Assembly: GCF_021869535.1 (NCBI RefSeq)
Contig: NW_026262668.1
Coordinates: forward strand, 55,366,001-55,430,000
Source: Mytilus californianus
Lineage: Eukaryota
Direction of reading: 5' to 3'
DNA length: 64,000 bases
A program made the position numbers and the translations under genes. Below are positions 23,252 to 35,494 of the stretch, in pieces. The number at the start of each line of letters is the position of its first letter. Position 1 is the first letter of the stretch. The notes beneath the pieces were generated by a model. That model had not been told where the DNA came from, did no database searches, and saw only the letters and a program-made list of their open reading frames with translations.

Positions 23252-23818
23252 TCACTTTCTAACAAACATTTGGCGGGCCCAAGTTTCTAGACTGGGAAGT
23301 AAAACTACTGCAAGCAACGTTCTTACTAATGTGCCGGATGTTATACATATACATTCTAGTCTTAAATCGGAATGGCAGTTAAAAATGATGCCCTGTGAAG
23401 GAATATTACAATGCTCTGTATATGTGAGAGATCCATTGAAGCAAGTCTTCGAGGGATCTGTAGATGACTTGTTGCTGTATGCGACTATCCTACATAGCCT
23501 TTTTTCAGTGGTAGTCCAAATTTTCCACCCTTCATCCAGATCAAGCAACGTTCCAGAATCCATCCATTGACTTTTTGTTTATTTGTTATCATCCGAATAT
23601 GCATGAAATATTTGATAATATAATTCCTATTTTGTCCCATCCATCAAATCTTCGAGAAGGGGAGGTAAATGTTCCCTTGTAAGGAAGCTTTTACATAATT
23701 TTCCGTCCGTATTATCAATGAGTGAGCATTTCATTGTTTCTGTATATGGTGTGGGAAACCACGTTAAGTGACTCGTTCTAATAAATGAAGTGATTTCAAA
23801 ACGTTTTCAAACAATTTT
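23252..23818 (-). pseudogene. Pseudogenised Cys-rich exon downstream of an Ig-like exon
   Basis: CACAG acceptor; one +1 frameshift (ACG-TTTT-GAA) and two in-frame stops in an otherwise continuous ~185-codon frame ending GTLVRTLLAVVLLPSLETWARQMFVRK*. Confidence 0.5.
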
Positions 23819-24119
23819 CTGTGACGTTATGGGTACCTTAATATGTCATGACTTTTTTTAGTTGCATTGTTTGAAATCTTACATCGGCCAATTGGTTCAT
23901 CTCTATATAAGAAAGAAATAAGTTTTGTATAGTACAACAACAAAAAAATGCATACCATGACGAAATTGTCCTTATTTCCAAATTACCACAAGTCTTTTCC
24001 ACCAATTATGTGAATCATGGCTGGATAAAACTGACAATAATGAACTATTGTGGAAGGTTGTGGCTAGGAAAATAACATGTTTTAATGACAGCGATGTGTG
24101 AAATTTTCATGCAACATAC

Positions 24120-24470
24120 CTTCGTATGTAGTTGTTTCTACATAGACAGTAGTTGTCTCTACATAGACACTGGCGTTTTCGTTATTAGTTCCATGAAGAC
24201 AGGTCCAATTTCCACTCGTATAGTTCGAAATATTCATTCGTATTGCAAGTAAAGTTTCATTTCTCGATAGTGTTTGATTAATCGTTAAATTTTCTTGCAA
24301 AGGCAAACAGTAAGATGACGGGATTGGTGGTAAACAAAAAGCCTTTTCTTTATGTGATGGATTATAAAATGAAATTCTGTAGTATAATTTCTCAACAGTA
24401 CAATTCAGCAGAATGAAGTCATCTTGAACCTTAGTCGTTAAAAAAACACGACCAGAACATTCCAGGAAAT
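24120..24470 (-). CDS. Ig-like domain exon (phase 1-1, 351 nt)
   Basis: TTTTTCAG acceptor and G|GTATGT donor; LLNCTV...FCLPPIPSSYC...GNWTCLHGTN, with several N-glycosylation sequons. Confidence 0.75.
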
Positions 24471-25149
24471 CTGAAAAATGGAAATAAACCGTCAGTACGA
24501 TACACGAAGACACATAAATTAAACAGTAATAATAATTTGATATTTGCTCAAATATGACTACTTGCTTTAATTTTCCATCACAATTCGTGTTGGTTGACAC
24601 GTGTTCGATATTTCAAGAACCGAAACTGCACGGTTTTGATGTAATCAGTCGCAAGGTATCATTTGTTCGTTGATTGCTATTTAGTTTTATATTCTTAATT
24701 CTTATCCGAATTTTTCAAAGAAGATATCACCTGCTAAGAGGGTACAGGTTTGAATTGTAACGTAAACACTTGCTCGCTCATAGGCGATATTCCTATTTAT
24801 GCGAAAATTACGCACGTTTATTTGTACACCATTATTTGTATCGTAAAATTGCCCAATGTATGATAAATGATTAGAAAACTACTAAAGGGACCTCCTGTAC
24901 AGCTTTTTACACAATGTTTTCTACCATACCTTTTTTTTCTGGGTGTTTACATTGAAAACAATACTTACAAAACATTGAATAAAGCAGGAAAACTAGTAAT
25001 TCCATATTAATTATACAAATTAATCACATTTATTCTAAAATGTGGTTATTGATATTATCGAGCTAATAATGGATTTAAATAGTTATAGGAAATGGAAATG
25101 ATTATGGGTATTCCGCAGGAAGACAAAATAAGTAGTGGAGCGAGATTCA

Positions 25150-25930
25150 TGTTGAACTGCAAGCTGTACATTCTGTTCAATATTTGTTCAATAATGTTAA
25201 AATAATTTAGTAGATGTTGTGAAAAGCTTAAATTTTGGCATTCCAGTTTAAGAAGAGAAAATAGATATTTTGCTATATGCTGATGGTATAGTTTTACTTG
25301 CTGAAAATGAAACAGACTCTCTTAGATGCTTTACGTTTATGGTGAAATAGATATGATATATTAGTATTAATTTGAATAAATCTAAGATTATTCATTTTAG
25401 AACACCTTCATATCAAAGATTTATTAATAAATGTATGCTTGGAAATGGTAACATTGAAATTGCTTCACAGTATACTTACATTGGTTTACATCTTACAGAG
25501 TTTCTAAATTATGATTTAATGGCAAAAACTATTGCCAAGTCTGCAAGTAGAGCTCTTGTGTTATTGATGTTAATCAAATAGTGATTTTTGTTATTCAACT
25601 TATATTAAGCTTTTTGATACACTGGTATGATCAGTCATAGATAATGCTCCTTCAATATGGGCAGAAAAGGAATTCTCTCGCATAAATGCAGTTAAAAATA
25701 TAGCAATATATATTTTATGGGTGTAGGGAAATATACACCAAATTTATCTATGTACGGTAATGTGGGCTGGATCCAATGCAATGTAAAGTATTGGACAGCT
25801 GTTTTTATATTATGGTCCATATTTTGTAAAATTGACAATGAAAGATTGAACAAACGAGTATGTATGTGGTTGTATAAAATGAAAAGAAACCAGTTAAAAA
25901 TCGGTGCTTCATAGTAATAGCTAAGTTTAA
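25150..25930 (+). mobile_element. Decayed LINE RT fragment (CR1/L2/RTE-like)
   Basis: ILLYADGIVLLAENE, NKSKIIHFR, YTYIGL, MGVGKYTPN...MYGNVGW, with stops and frameshifts. Confidence 0.8.
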
Positions 25931-28089
25931 AGAATAAAACCTTAAACCATAAGGTGATTGTGATTGTGATCGGGTAACCCGTGGTTATACAAGACTAACA
26001 CCATAATATATATATATATATATATATACGACTCCAATTTAGCCCAAAAATGTTATATATACAAATAGAGAAAGCTTAGCGATATATAAAATATAGTTCC
26101 CATACCTCTATTTAGAATGGCTCTTCGAAATGAAAGCAAATGACAATCCCATTTTACTTAAGCTTCTTGCTAAAACATGTGATGGTCACTTGCTTTCATT
26201 GTTTGTATAAATTTTAAAAACATTTAAATCTTATACTTACAGATTTTTCCAAATAAAAATATATTTTAATAGTAAAACTTTAAACGCAAAACTTCAGCAG
26301 AAATTGTCTAGTGAGATGAAGGCAGTATCATACCATGTGAAATCAATCATAACAAGTCAAAGCTGAAATATGCATTTGAACATGTCGATTTCAAAGTAGA
26401 TAGTTCGTAAAATATTTAGCAAATGTCAATCATTATTGTACATATATATATCATAGATTAATAATTTATTGTTATATTTAAATGTATATCAATAATCCAT
26501 TTTTCAGGATATATTACCAACTGCTTTTTTTTAAAAGAATAAAATTTGTGATGTCTTCGAGGTATAATCCTTATGCACGTAGTATACGAACAATGCGAAA
26601 AATGGTGTTGATTAATAAGATAAGCGGAGCTAACAATTCTATAATCTTGGGTTGCTTTCATATATTTTGGGTAATGTAATGTTCTCTACTATATTACTAA
26701 TGATGTAAACACAGCTCTGCCTTTCAGTATTGTAAATGTACCCTGTATCAGCAAATATTATAATGACAAGTTGTTTTATAGTGTGTTCGGGGTTTTTTGG
26801 GGTGTTTTTACAGTATAAATAGCAGTACATGTACCATTGTCAATAAATAGACAATAGAGAAATGTAGTAAAGTCAAGTTAAAGATTGAATAAATAAACCT
26901 CGGGAGGAGGTTACACAAGTTTATATCCCGTGTGTGTTCATTTAAAGAACAAAGAAGCTGCAATCAACTCAAAAAGTATGCATTCAACTTTGGCCCGTTG
27001 AACTAACTTTCAAAATAGATATATATTTGTACAGAAAGCACATAAAATCAACCCTATAATTATTTTAAAATAATCAAATGGGAATGTATGTATCTACAAT
27101 TTGTCAATTTTAAAGGAAAATCTATGCATTAGTAATACAGATCAAATGATTTTAATATAAATCAAAACAACGATTTTCGCCAAATTTTATGTGCTTTACA
27201 TACAAATGTTCACCTATTTCGAAAGAGTTCATTCTGTAATACTAGTTTCAGAAAATAGAATAGATAAATGCATTGTTTGTTAAACTTAAAGTTAAAGTTT
27301 AACATACTGTAGCAGCAGTTGTATGCAAAATTTGACACAAATCTGTGACATGATCCATTTACTCTAACTTGACCTTGGTGTAAGGCATTATAGTTAATAC
27401 TTTATATACTTTTTTTTGTTGTTGAAAACATTTTAGTAAGACTAAGAACAACTATAAATCGCAGTCTTGTTGGCTTTGCATCATGATGTAAAGCTATTAG
27501 TTTCAGTCGATATGCACGCTATCTTGTAATTATTGCCAATCAACAGTTAGCTCTTATTGATCGCTTGTTAATGTGGCTAAGATTCTAATGTCTTGAACGA
27601 ATTATAAAATTGGGAGCACGTCATTAAGGAAAAAAAACAAAATATATACGGATGGTCTGACAGTATGGACATTCGGGACCTGATCGATGAAAATGTTGCT
27701 AAAGGATCAGTTATTGTTGGATTAGCGCTGATAGTGACAATCTATAAATTTATTATTACATATTTTCTTTGTTTTAATCTGTCTAACTCACATTATTTTC
27801 TGGTTAGGGAACATCGTGTCAGTTTAATCACGGTGATCCGAAAATAACCTCCTTCGTCTTATGAATAATTTCTTGTTGAACTATGCTACGTTTTGCTTTC
27901 ACAGTTTCAAATGTCGCATTTTGTATTATATAACTACTAAATATGAAACTGAAACTCTAATAAAAGTATTCGAAAATAACAACTACTTCTGAAAATGTTT
28001 TTTTTAAACTGTCGTTTTCTATTAAAAAAAACACACGCCTAAAACGATTGCAAAAGCATATGATACTGCGAAGCAATCCGTACATTTTT

Positions 28090-28380
28090 GGAAAGGTTAA
28101 ACGATTTATCAATTTCCCATTTCTCAGCAGTAACATACCCGCTGCCCCTTCGTATGTTGTTTACATATCTCAGTTGATACGTTATGCTCGTGCATGTTCA
28201 CACTATACGGACTTCATATACAAGAGTGTGCTCCTAACGCAGAAACTGCTCCAACAAAATTATGAGGAGGACAGGTTAAAAATGACACTCCGTAAATTTT
28301 ATGGACACCATCACGAATTGGTTGATTCATACGATGTGTCTTTGTCCAAACTAACAAAGGACATTTTTACCACGTGTTAG
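28090..28380 (+). mobile_element. Penelope-like RT C-terminal fragment
   Basis: NFPFLSSNIPAAPSYVVYISQLIRYARAC...LRKFYGHHHEL. Confidence 0.75.
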
Positions 28381-28415
28381 ATTGTGGTTTGCCATTACGT
28401 CGTCTGATCTTTTAA

Positions 28416-28794
28416 GGATGTTCGCTACTCTGTTTCAAAATAACAAGCTTTTTAAAAGACTGTTATAAATTGATAGTATATAAATAAAGGAACTAAAAAT
28501 GCAAAAAAAAATGAAGGGTCCGTGTGCTGGTTTTCGAGATATTAGCCATTGAAAATTTGGCGGGAAACAATTTTCTCTAGATTTTTCATATATTTAACAT
28601 TGGCAATCTTTTTCTTTTAAAAAATACGAAAAAATAACAAGGATTTTATAGGATTTTCAAATATGGCTTTTTAAACTATATGTAATAAAATTATGAAAAG
28701 AAAAGTAGGGGTTAGCGGGGAACATTTCCTAATGGCACTACATGGATAAAACCAAAGGATTCCGAAATTTCAAAAACAAGGGGAGCGAACATCC
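28416..28794. mobile_element. MITE with TTAA TSD (Kolobok/piggyBac-type target)
   Basis: TTAA|GGATGTTCGCT ... AGCGAACATCC|TTAA; 379 bp. Confidence 0.8.
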
Positions 28795-29339
28795 TTAAGT
28801 ACCGAACGTGACTTATTCCCGATTGTGACTGTTTTGCTGAGTGTGAATTCGCATTGCTATAAGACGTGTCACGGTATTTTCTATCCAAAATCCATGTATT
28901 TAGTTTTGATGTTATATTTGTTATTCTCATCGGATTTTGTCAAATGTCTTATCGTTTGTAGATGTAAATCTTATTTTTTTCTGTTCTATTCGTGTGTTAC
29001 GGTAAAGATAATTTTAAAATCACCGAGTTCATTTATAAGATATTAGTTTGGGTCAACTAAATTTATATGATGTATTTGGTTACTACCACAATTTTATATT
29101 AATAAGTATTGCAATTTTCATTGTTATTAATACATGTTATATCAGTATTACAAACCTAATCTTGAACTCTATCCTATTTTTTGGAAATTTATAGAAATTT
29201 AAATGTGACGTCACATTGTGCGTCGATTTCTTCGGCTAACATATAATACGTTGTTCGGCTGTGCCTTTTTATGTACTGATTTAGGTTGTTTTATGTATTC
29301 GTTTTTATTCTGTAGTTAGTCACCACATCGGTGTTAACA

Positions 29340-29960
29340 TGTATATCTATTATATAGTCATTTTTATAAATTTACTGTTTGCAAAAGTATGAATTATTCT
29401 AAATACTAAGGATTTTCTTATCCCAGGCAAATAACCTTAGCCGTATTTGTCACAACTTTTTGGAACTTTTGGTCCTCAATGCTCTTCAATTTTGTACTTG
29501 TTTTGGCTTTCTAATTTTTTTGATCTGAGCGTCACTGATGGGTCTTATGTAGACGAAACGCGCGTCTGGCGTAATAAATCATAAGCCTGGTACTTTTTGA
29601 TAGCTATTATTTGTGTGTATGTCTGTCCTGTATGTTCTCCCATTTATTTGTATTGTAGTCCTGTCATGTAATCTTGTCATTTTAATGTTATATTTAACAT
29701 TGCCATAAAAGCGGGAGGTTTGGCTAGCCACAAAACCAGGTTCAACCCACCATTTTTTTCTTAAAATGTCCTGTACCAAGTCAGGAAAACGGCCATTGTT
29801 ATATTATAGTTCGTTTCTGTGTGTGTTGCATTTTAGTGTTGAGTTTCTGTTGTGTTGTTCTTCTCCTCTTATATTTGATGTGTTTCCCTCAGTTTTAGTT
29901 TGTAACCCGGATTTGTTTTTTTCTCAATCGATTTATGAATTTCGAATAGCGGTATACTAC
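29340..29960. repeat. Bivalve dispersed repeats (GACGAAACGCGCGTCTGG family plus adjacent repeat)
   Basis: The core motif at 29552-29570 has a reverse-orientation copy at ~33170-33215. Confidence 0.6.
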
Positions 29961-31488
29961 TGTTGCCTGTATTTGCGATATTTCTATATTTGCAGATGCG
30001 AGTACTTTGCCTTTAATTTTATTTGGAAGATTACAATGCGATTATAAATCATTCATATGTAGCATTCCTAAAATAACAACCGTGCAATTGCACTGCGTTC
30101 TATATTTATCTAGACGAACAAGACCTTGGTAGTCGCTAAAATAGGTTCTTATTATTTAACCTGACTTTCTTGTGATTTTAAATGAAATATGTCGAAATGT
30201 TTCACCAGGTATGTACACTATTAGAAAAGTACATATGTTGCTCTATTGTATATCTAATGAAGATTGTGCTTTTAAAATGCTTCAAAACGAAGAAAATCGC
30301 TTAATTGAATTTATCTGTTAGCAAAAAGTTTATAAAGAGATCATTTAGTAATTTTGTAGAGACAAGTTTTGTAGAAGCTTACTTTATGTCCTTTGTTATA
30401 CCAATTATGACGATGAAATCTATTGAAAACATAGTTTTCAAAATAATATTGTGTGTAAAATTGCACAATTTCATGGTTAATAGATAGATATATGCTGCTT
30501 TTGTTTGGTCATGTGTTATGCAATATTGTTAGATATAAAAAAGAGAGACGAAAGATACCACAGGAATTATGAAACTCATAAGTCGAAATCATACTGACAA
30601 TGCCATGGCAAAAAAATGAAACACGATCAAAAGACAAACAATATACAACACACAACATAGAAAACTAAAGACTGACAAATAAAGTGATTTTTGGAGTTTT
30701 GATTTTAATTGTGTACCGGCAAGATCGGGAAATTAAGGAATTCTCACAAACCCAATTATTCATTACCACAACGGAAATATCGTCATTAATATTGTAAATA
30801 TCTACTGCGAGTTGTGATATGAATCTTCTTCGACGAGTGAGCTAAGGGAACGAGCTCAAAAAGCATTATACTGATTATGTCGACAAGCTGGTATTTTAAA
30901 TAAATTTTTAGGAAAATTTATGATCGCGATTTAACAGATTGTGTTGTTGTGTTTTTTAAGTTCGAAACAAGTGTCTTTTCAAGTCTTACAAACTGGTTCA
31001 GACTTAAATACGTTGGTTCAAAAATAATGTCATCAGTGATTAAGTCCGTATCAAGTGTTTAAGGCCAGATCAAACGCATCTGACGTCACATAATCGTGAT
31101 ATATGGGATTTTACGATAACCGAACAGTGTTTACACAGGGAAAACCGATAAGTGGTTATTGCTGTCTGTGTAGTGTTTATCACAGATCTTCGGTTTTCAA
31201 CGTTAAATTCTTAAGAATTCTTAAGAAACTTACCAAGACCAGAGACGATCTTGGTTAGGGTTTTCCCATCGTATGGTTAGCTGTAGATGTTCATTATTGG
31301 TGATCTGTCATTCCTGGTTGCTGGTTTATGACTGTACCATCGTATTTCCTTTTATTAGCGTTATTGTTATATAACAAGCAAATATCAGAGTTTTTAAATA
31401 AATTAGATACTGATGAATCAATATTAAATAAACTAAACCCTGAACGATACTAGTTTATTTAGGAACGAAATGATGAAAATGCGTGTAC

Positions 31489-31765
31489 CTTTCCAAAGAC
31501 TGCAATTGTTTTTAATTCATTTGTATATGAAACAGTTGGAATGCTATTTGTCCAGTAGTATATATTGGAACTTTTTTTATCAAGCATCCTAAAATAATCA
31601 GAGTTGGAACCAGTTAAACTTTTTTCAGGATAAGGGTGATCGACTAGGGTATATAAGTATTGTCTTCTTGGTAAAATTGAGGTATTCGGTACAGTAAATT
31701 GATCAGGCCATGAAGAAGAAACAGTATGATGAGAGCAAAATTCTTCTGTCCTTTCATAAATATGT
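31489..31765 (-). CDS. Putative orphan internal exon, unknown protein
   Basis: Open frame ...FCSHHTVSSSWPDQF...NIYYWTN...IAVFGK ending at an AAG|GTACAC donor. The 5' side is replaced by a repeat. Confidence 0.35.
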
Positions 31766-32417
31766 GATTTTGCCATTTGATCAGGGATTTTCCGTTTTGA
31801 ATTTTCCTTGGAGTTTGGTCTTTTTGTTATTTTACTTTTTAGTTCTTTGATAAAGGAATAAGATAATCTAATTTGGACCTTTCAGTTTCAAAATACCAGC
31901 TGTGATGCTTCTATGACGTCATAAACCTTTTGAAATTTAAAGGATTAACAAAAAATGACTTTTTTACAAACAGTTTTTGGTAAAATTACTTATGAGCCAA
32001 GGTCTTACCGCAAAAGATACTTTGCCCGCATTAACATCTTGAATAAAACATATTGAAACACAATATCTTTTCGGGTAAAGCGATGGATAATCTTAATAGT
32101 AATGACGAGATCTCAAAATGAAGCATTTTTTACAGATATCTGACATACTGATGTCTTTTGAACATCGGAGGGATATTATTTGGAAGATTTAAAATAATGA
32201 TTTTCGGAATTACAGGGTAAAAAAGAAGCCTCGTCATACCTTCTTCATTGTATTTTATCTACACACCTTTGTTAATGTGATTTACCATGGACAATTTATA
32301 AACTCTGCTTTCAAACTTCCATGATTGTATTTTTTTACCAGAGTTGTTATCATGGTAGCACTATATCTCTAATCATTGCTCTGTTCTAGTCGGTAGGAAA
32401 TGTGCAGTAATGTAACT

Positions 32418-32578
32418 TTTATGGGTTATTTTGGGGCCCTTTATAGCTTGCTGTTCGGTGTGAGCCAAGGCTCCGTGTTGAAGGCCGTACTTTGACCTAT
32501 AATTGTTAACTTTTTATATATTGTGACTTGGATGGAGAGTTGTCTCGTTGGCATTCATACCACATCTTATTTATATCG
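32418..32578 (-). repeat. Dispersed SINE-like repeat (GATGTGGTATGA(G/T)TGCCAATGAGACAACTC family)
   Basis: Other copies at ~4315, 19451-19525, 33415, 40330-40660, 45445-45640, 46185-46700, 47715-48065 and 57100-57445. Confidence 0.8.
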
Positions 32579-33980
32579 AATCACTATGCAAATGCATAAA
32601 GCATACAGTAAATGCTACATTATTTATTTTAAATACTACATTTTAATGCAAATGCTGCTAACGATACAGTGAATACATGTGAGCTTTTAATCACGTTCCA
32701 TTGGTGAAAATTTACACTTGCATGTAAATATGCACATATGTAAATTTGGCTATGTATGTAAATGCAAATATAAAGTTCGTTCATATGGTGCTTTTACTGT
32801 GGGTGTATTTGCAAAATATACACAATGTACTCATTTGACATATAAAGAATAAGTTTTATTTTTTTCAAATTGAACTTGATAGTCGAGTCATGTGATATTT
32901 GATATTCAAAAGGACAGATAGTTCGATACCAAAGAAGATAAAAAGATGCAAGTTACCCTGTTATAAAGATACAGTCATAGCTATAGGTAATATATTGCAG
33001 AATAGATTAATGAACGATGGAATGATCTTCAAAAGTTTTATGGATGAGTGGGCGCTCTTTAATTTGTCGGATTCGCAAAGTTTTGGAATACAGATATCTG
33101 GAATGTTATTTCATTAAATCACAATTGATATTAATAAACTCATCATAGATACCAGGATTAAAATTGTGTACTCCAGACGCGCGTTTCGTCTAGAAAAGAC
33201 TCATCAGTGACGCTCGCATTAAAATGTTTTTGATATCATTTTCAGGAAATTCAAAATTATACTGATCTTATTTACTTGCCATTGTTTTTTATTTACTACC
33301 AGTTTATGTAAAGAATGGTCCAAAAACATATCATAGAATATGATACATACTATGTTTTCAGTATGTTCAGTAGACAAGTGTCTAAGCCAGATATGACAAT
33401 ATAAAAATAAGAAGATGTGGTATGATTGCCAATGAGAAAACTCTCCTCAAGAGACCAATGACACAGAAATTACAACTAGCCTTATATTGCCTCTTTGTAG
33501 ACATATTTTGTCTTATTTCATCTGAGACCAACAAACATTTTCCGTCAAAACCTAATTCTAAATAGAGATAAACAATAAGATAAATAAAATTTTCAAAAAA
33601 AGAGATGTGATAAAGATTGTTTGTCGTGTTCAGTTTAAGATTATTTCATGCAAAAACTCGTGAGTACGCAAATCGAACTTAATTGTAAAATATTTGTTGA
33701 GGGGTTGGGAGATTTTTTTTTATATTAGTATGTGTAGTGTGTTTTGGGTTTGTTCTTTCTTTTTGTAAAAACGGAAGTAAATATTTTACTTAGGAAAAAA
33801 AACAGTAGAATCACATTTTGTATTTTTATTAAAATAATATAATATAAACCATAGAAAATTGTCAACCGTTTGCTCTTCTCTCTCATTAAGATAAAAGATA
33901 CAATCTTACAATTTTAAAATGGAATTTTTGTACCACTACATCCTTTTTACAAAATATACTTGAGAAACCCTGCATTTAAA

Positions 33981-34048
33981 TAAGTGAATATCGACATCAA
34001 AAGTCATCTTCAAAGTTTAAGAATGACCTTTTCATTACTATTCACTTA
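33981..34048 (-). promoter_or_regulatory. SECIS element of deiodinase copy 1
   Basis: Minus strand reads TAAGTGAATA-gta-ATGA-AAAGGTCATTCTT-AAA-CTTTG-AAGATGACTTT-TGAT-gtcga-TATTCACTTA: 10-bp helix I, GA quartet, helix II, apical AAA. Confidence 0.88.
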
Positions 34049-34694
34049 GGTGTAACTTTTCCTTCTCTTTGCTCTCGTTTATCACTTTTCTAATTAGTGT
34101 GACGTGATACACATGTTAATTAAACAATTCATATATTAGTAGAACATGTTATACTTTAAACAAACACTATTCTAAATGATTTCTTTTTCAGTAAAGAGTG
34201 TATATAAAAATTATGGAAATATGAAAATAGGTCAATTTGATTACTTTTGAGATACTGAAGAAACTTAACTTCTAGATGGGAAAATGGTGTCTCTTGGTCA
34301 TTTTTGTGTAATACAACGGAAGAAATAAATGATAAAATATACCAAAAATGTACTTAAAATAACAAAAATTAGAAAAAAAGTGTATTTCAAACGTATGCTT
34401 TTAATAAATAGTTATATATGAAGGTGTTCAAGTAAAACTTCCCAACGCATTGTTTAAAGTAAAACATAAAGTTTTCAAAATAATAATGAAAAATTGAAAA
34501 TATGAGCATCGACTGTCCTTTGTTTGTTGGGCACACATCATTGATTTCTTTGAATAAAATTTAAGATAATTAGCAGTTTTATAATCTTTATGATTTCAAT
34601 TTCAGTATACTAAATAGTTATTACCGTAAAAGTCTAAAACTAGCTAGTAGGATTAAACGTCAACATATCAAATTTAATTTTCACACGTCGATAA

Positions 34695-35494
34695 CTACAA
34701 TGTTTTCCTGTGCATCTGTAACCACACAATGACGCTTTCTGGGTCGTAATTGTGAGAACCGAACTTGTTCGCATAGCTAACTTTCCCATCTTGAATAATG
34801 TAGTAACGTTCTGGAAAGGCACTGTATGCTATATATAAATGCATGTTTTATCGTCCATTGTATCGACTAGCAATGGACAGTGTATGTCTTCCTTTCGAAG
34901 CAATGACGCTGCAGCAATTCGGTCATCTAAAGATCTGTGTTGTGGTATATGATCGTACGTTGTGCCTTGTATGCTCCAATCGTCTGCTGCATGTGATTCG
35001 GATACATAAACAATGACAAAATCAGCTATGCCGGCAAAATCACGCATCATTTCCTTAAAAAGATGCAACTTTGCCATAAACGGTGGTCAAGAGCAGCTTC
35101 CAAAACTAATAACCAAAGGACGATCATTTATTTGGAAGTCTAATAATTTCCGGAATGTCTTAGTATCAACATCATATACTGTTGAATTTTTGGCTTCTTT
35201 TCCGAGCTCCGATTCTTTATGCATAACATCACAATAAAACCACGAACACTGTTTTACAGCTGACAGATTAACATTTGAAATAATTTCGCGACCGATATGT
35301 TTTTTTGCTGCTCTGGCCTGTAAGTATTCCATTAATTTGCATACAAACGGTATTTTTTGTAATATCATAATTACCGTTAAAAATATCGCAAACATGATTC
35401 CTTGAAGTAGAATTAAACATTTTTGAAGAAATTGCAGTATTTGTAGTGTCATATTTATTGGAACTGTCACACTTGTCTGCAAAAAATTAAACAT
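34695..35494 (-). pseudogene. DIO: Iodothyronine deiodinase-like selenoprotein, copy 1 (frameshifted)
   Basis: FGSCS-TGA(35087-35089)-PPF in frame; YVSESHAADDW; DTMDDKTC. An 8-nt TATATATA insertion at ~34830-34838 shifts the frame before AYSAFPERYYII...WLQMHRKTL*. Confidence 0.88.

Noticed and set aside
32899-33117. 72-aa ORF
   Set aside because: No motif or splice support recognised.
34640-35077. Separate short genes 34829-35077, 44527-44901 and 54034-54381 in the ORF track
   Set aside because: They are the post-UGA halves of selenoprotein CDSs, in frame with the upstream ORFs.
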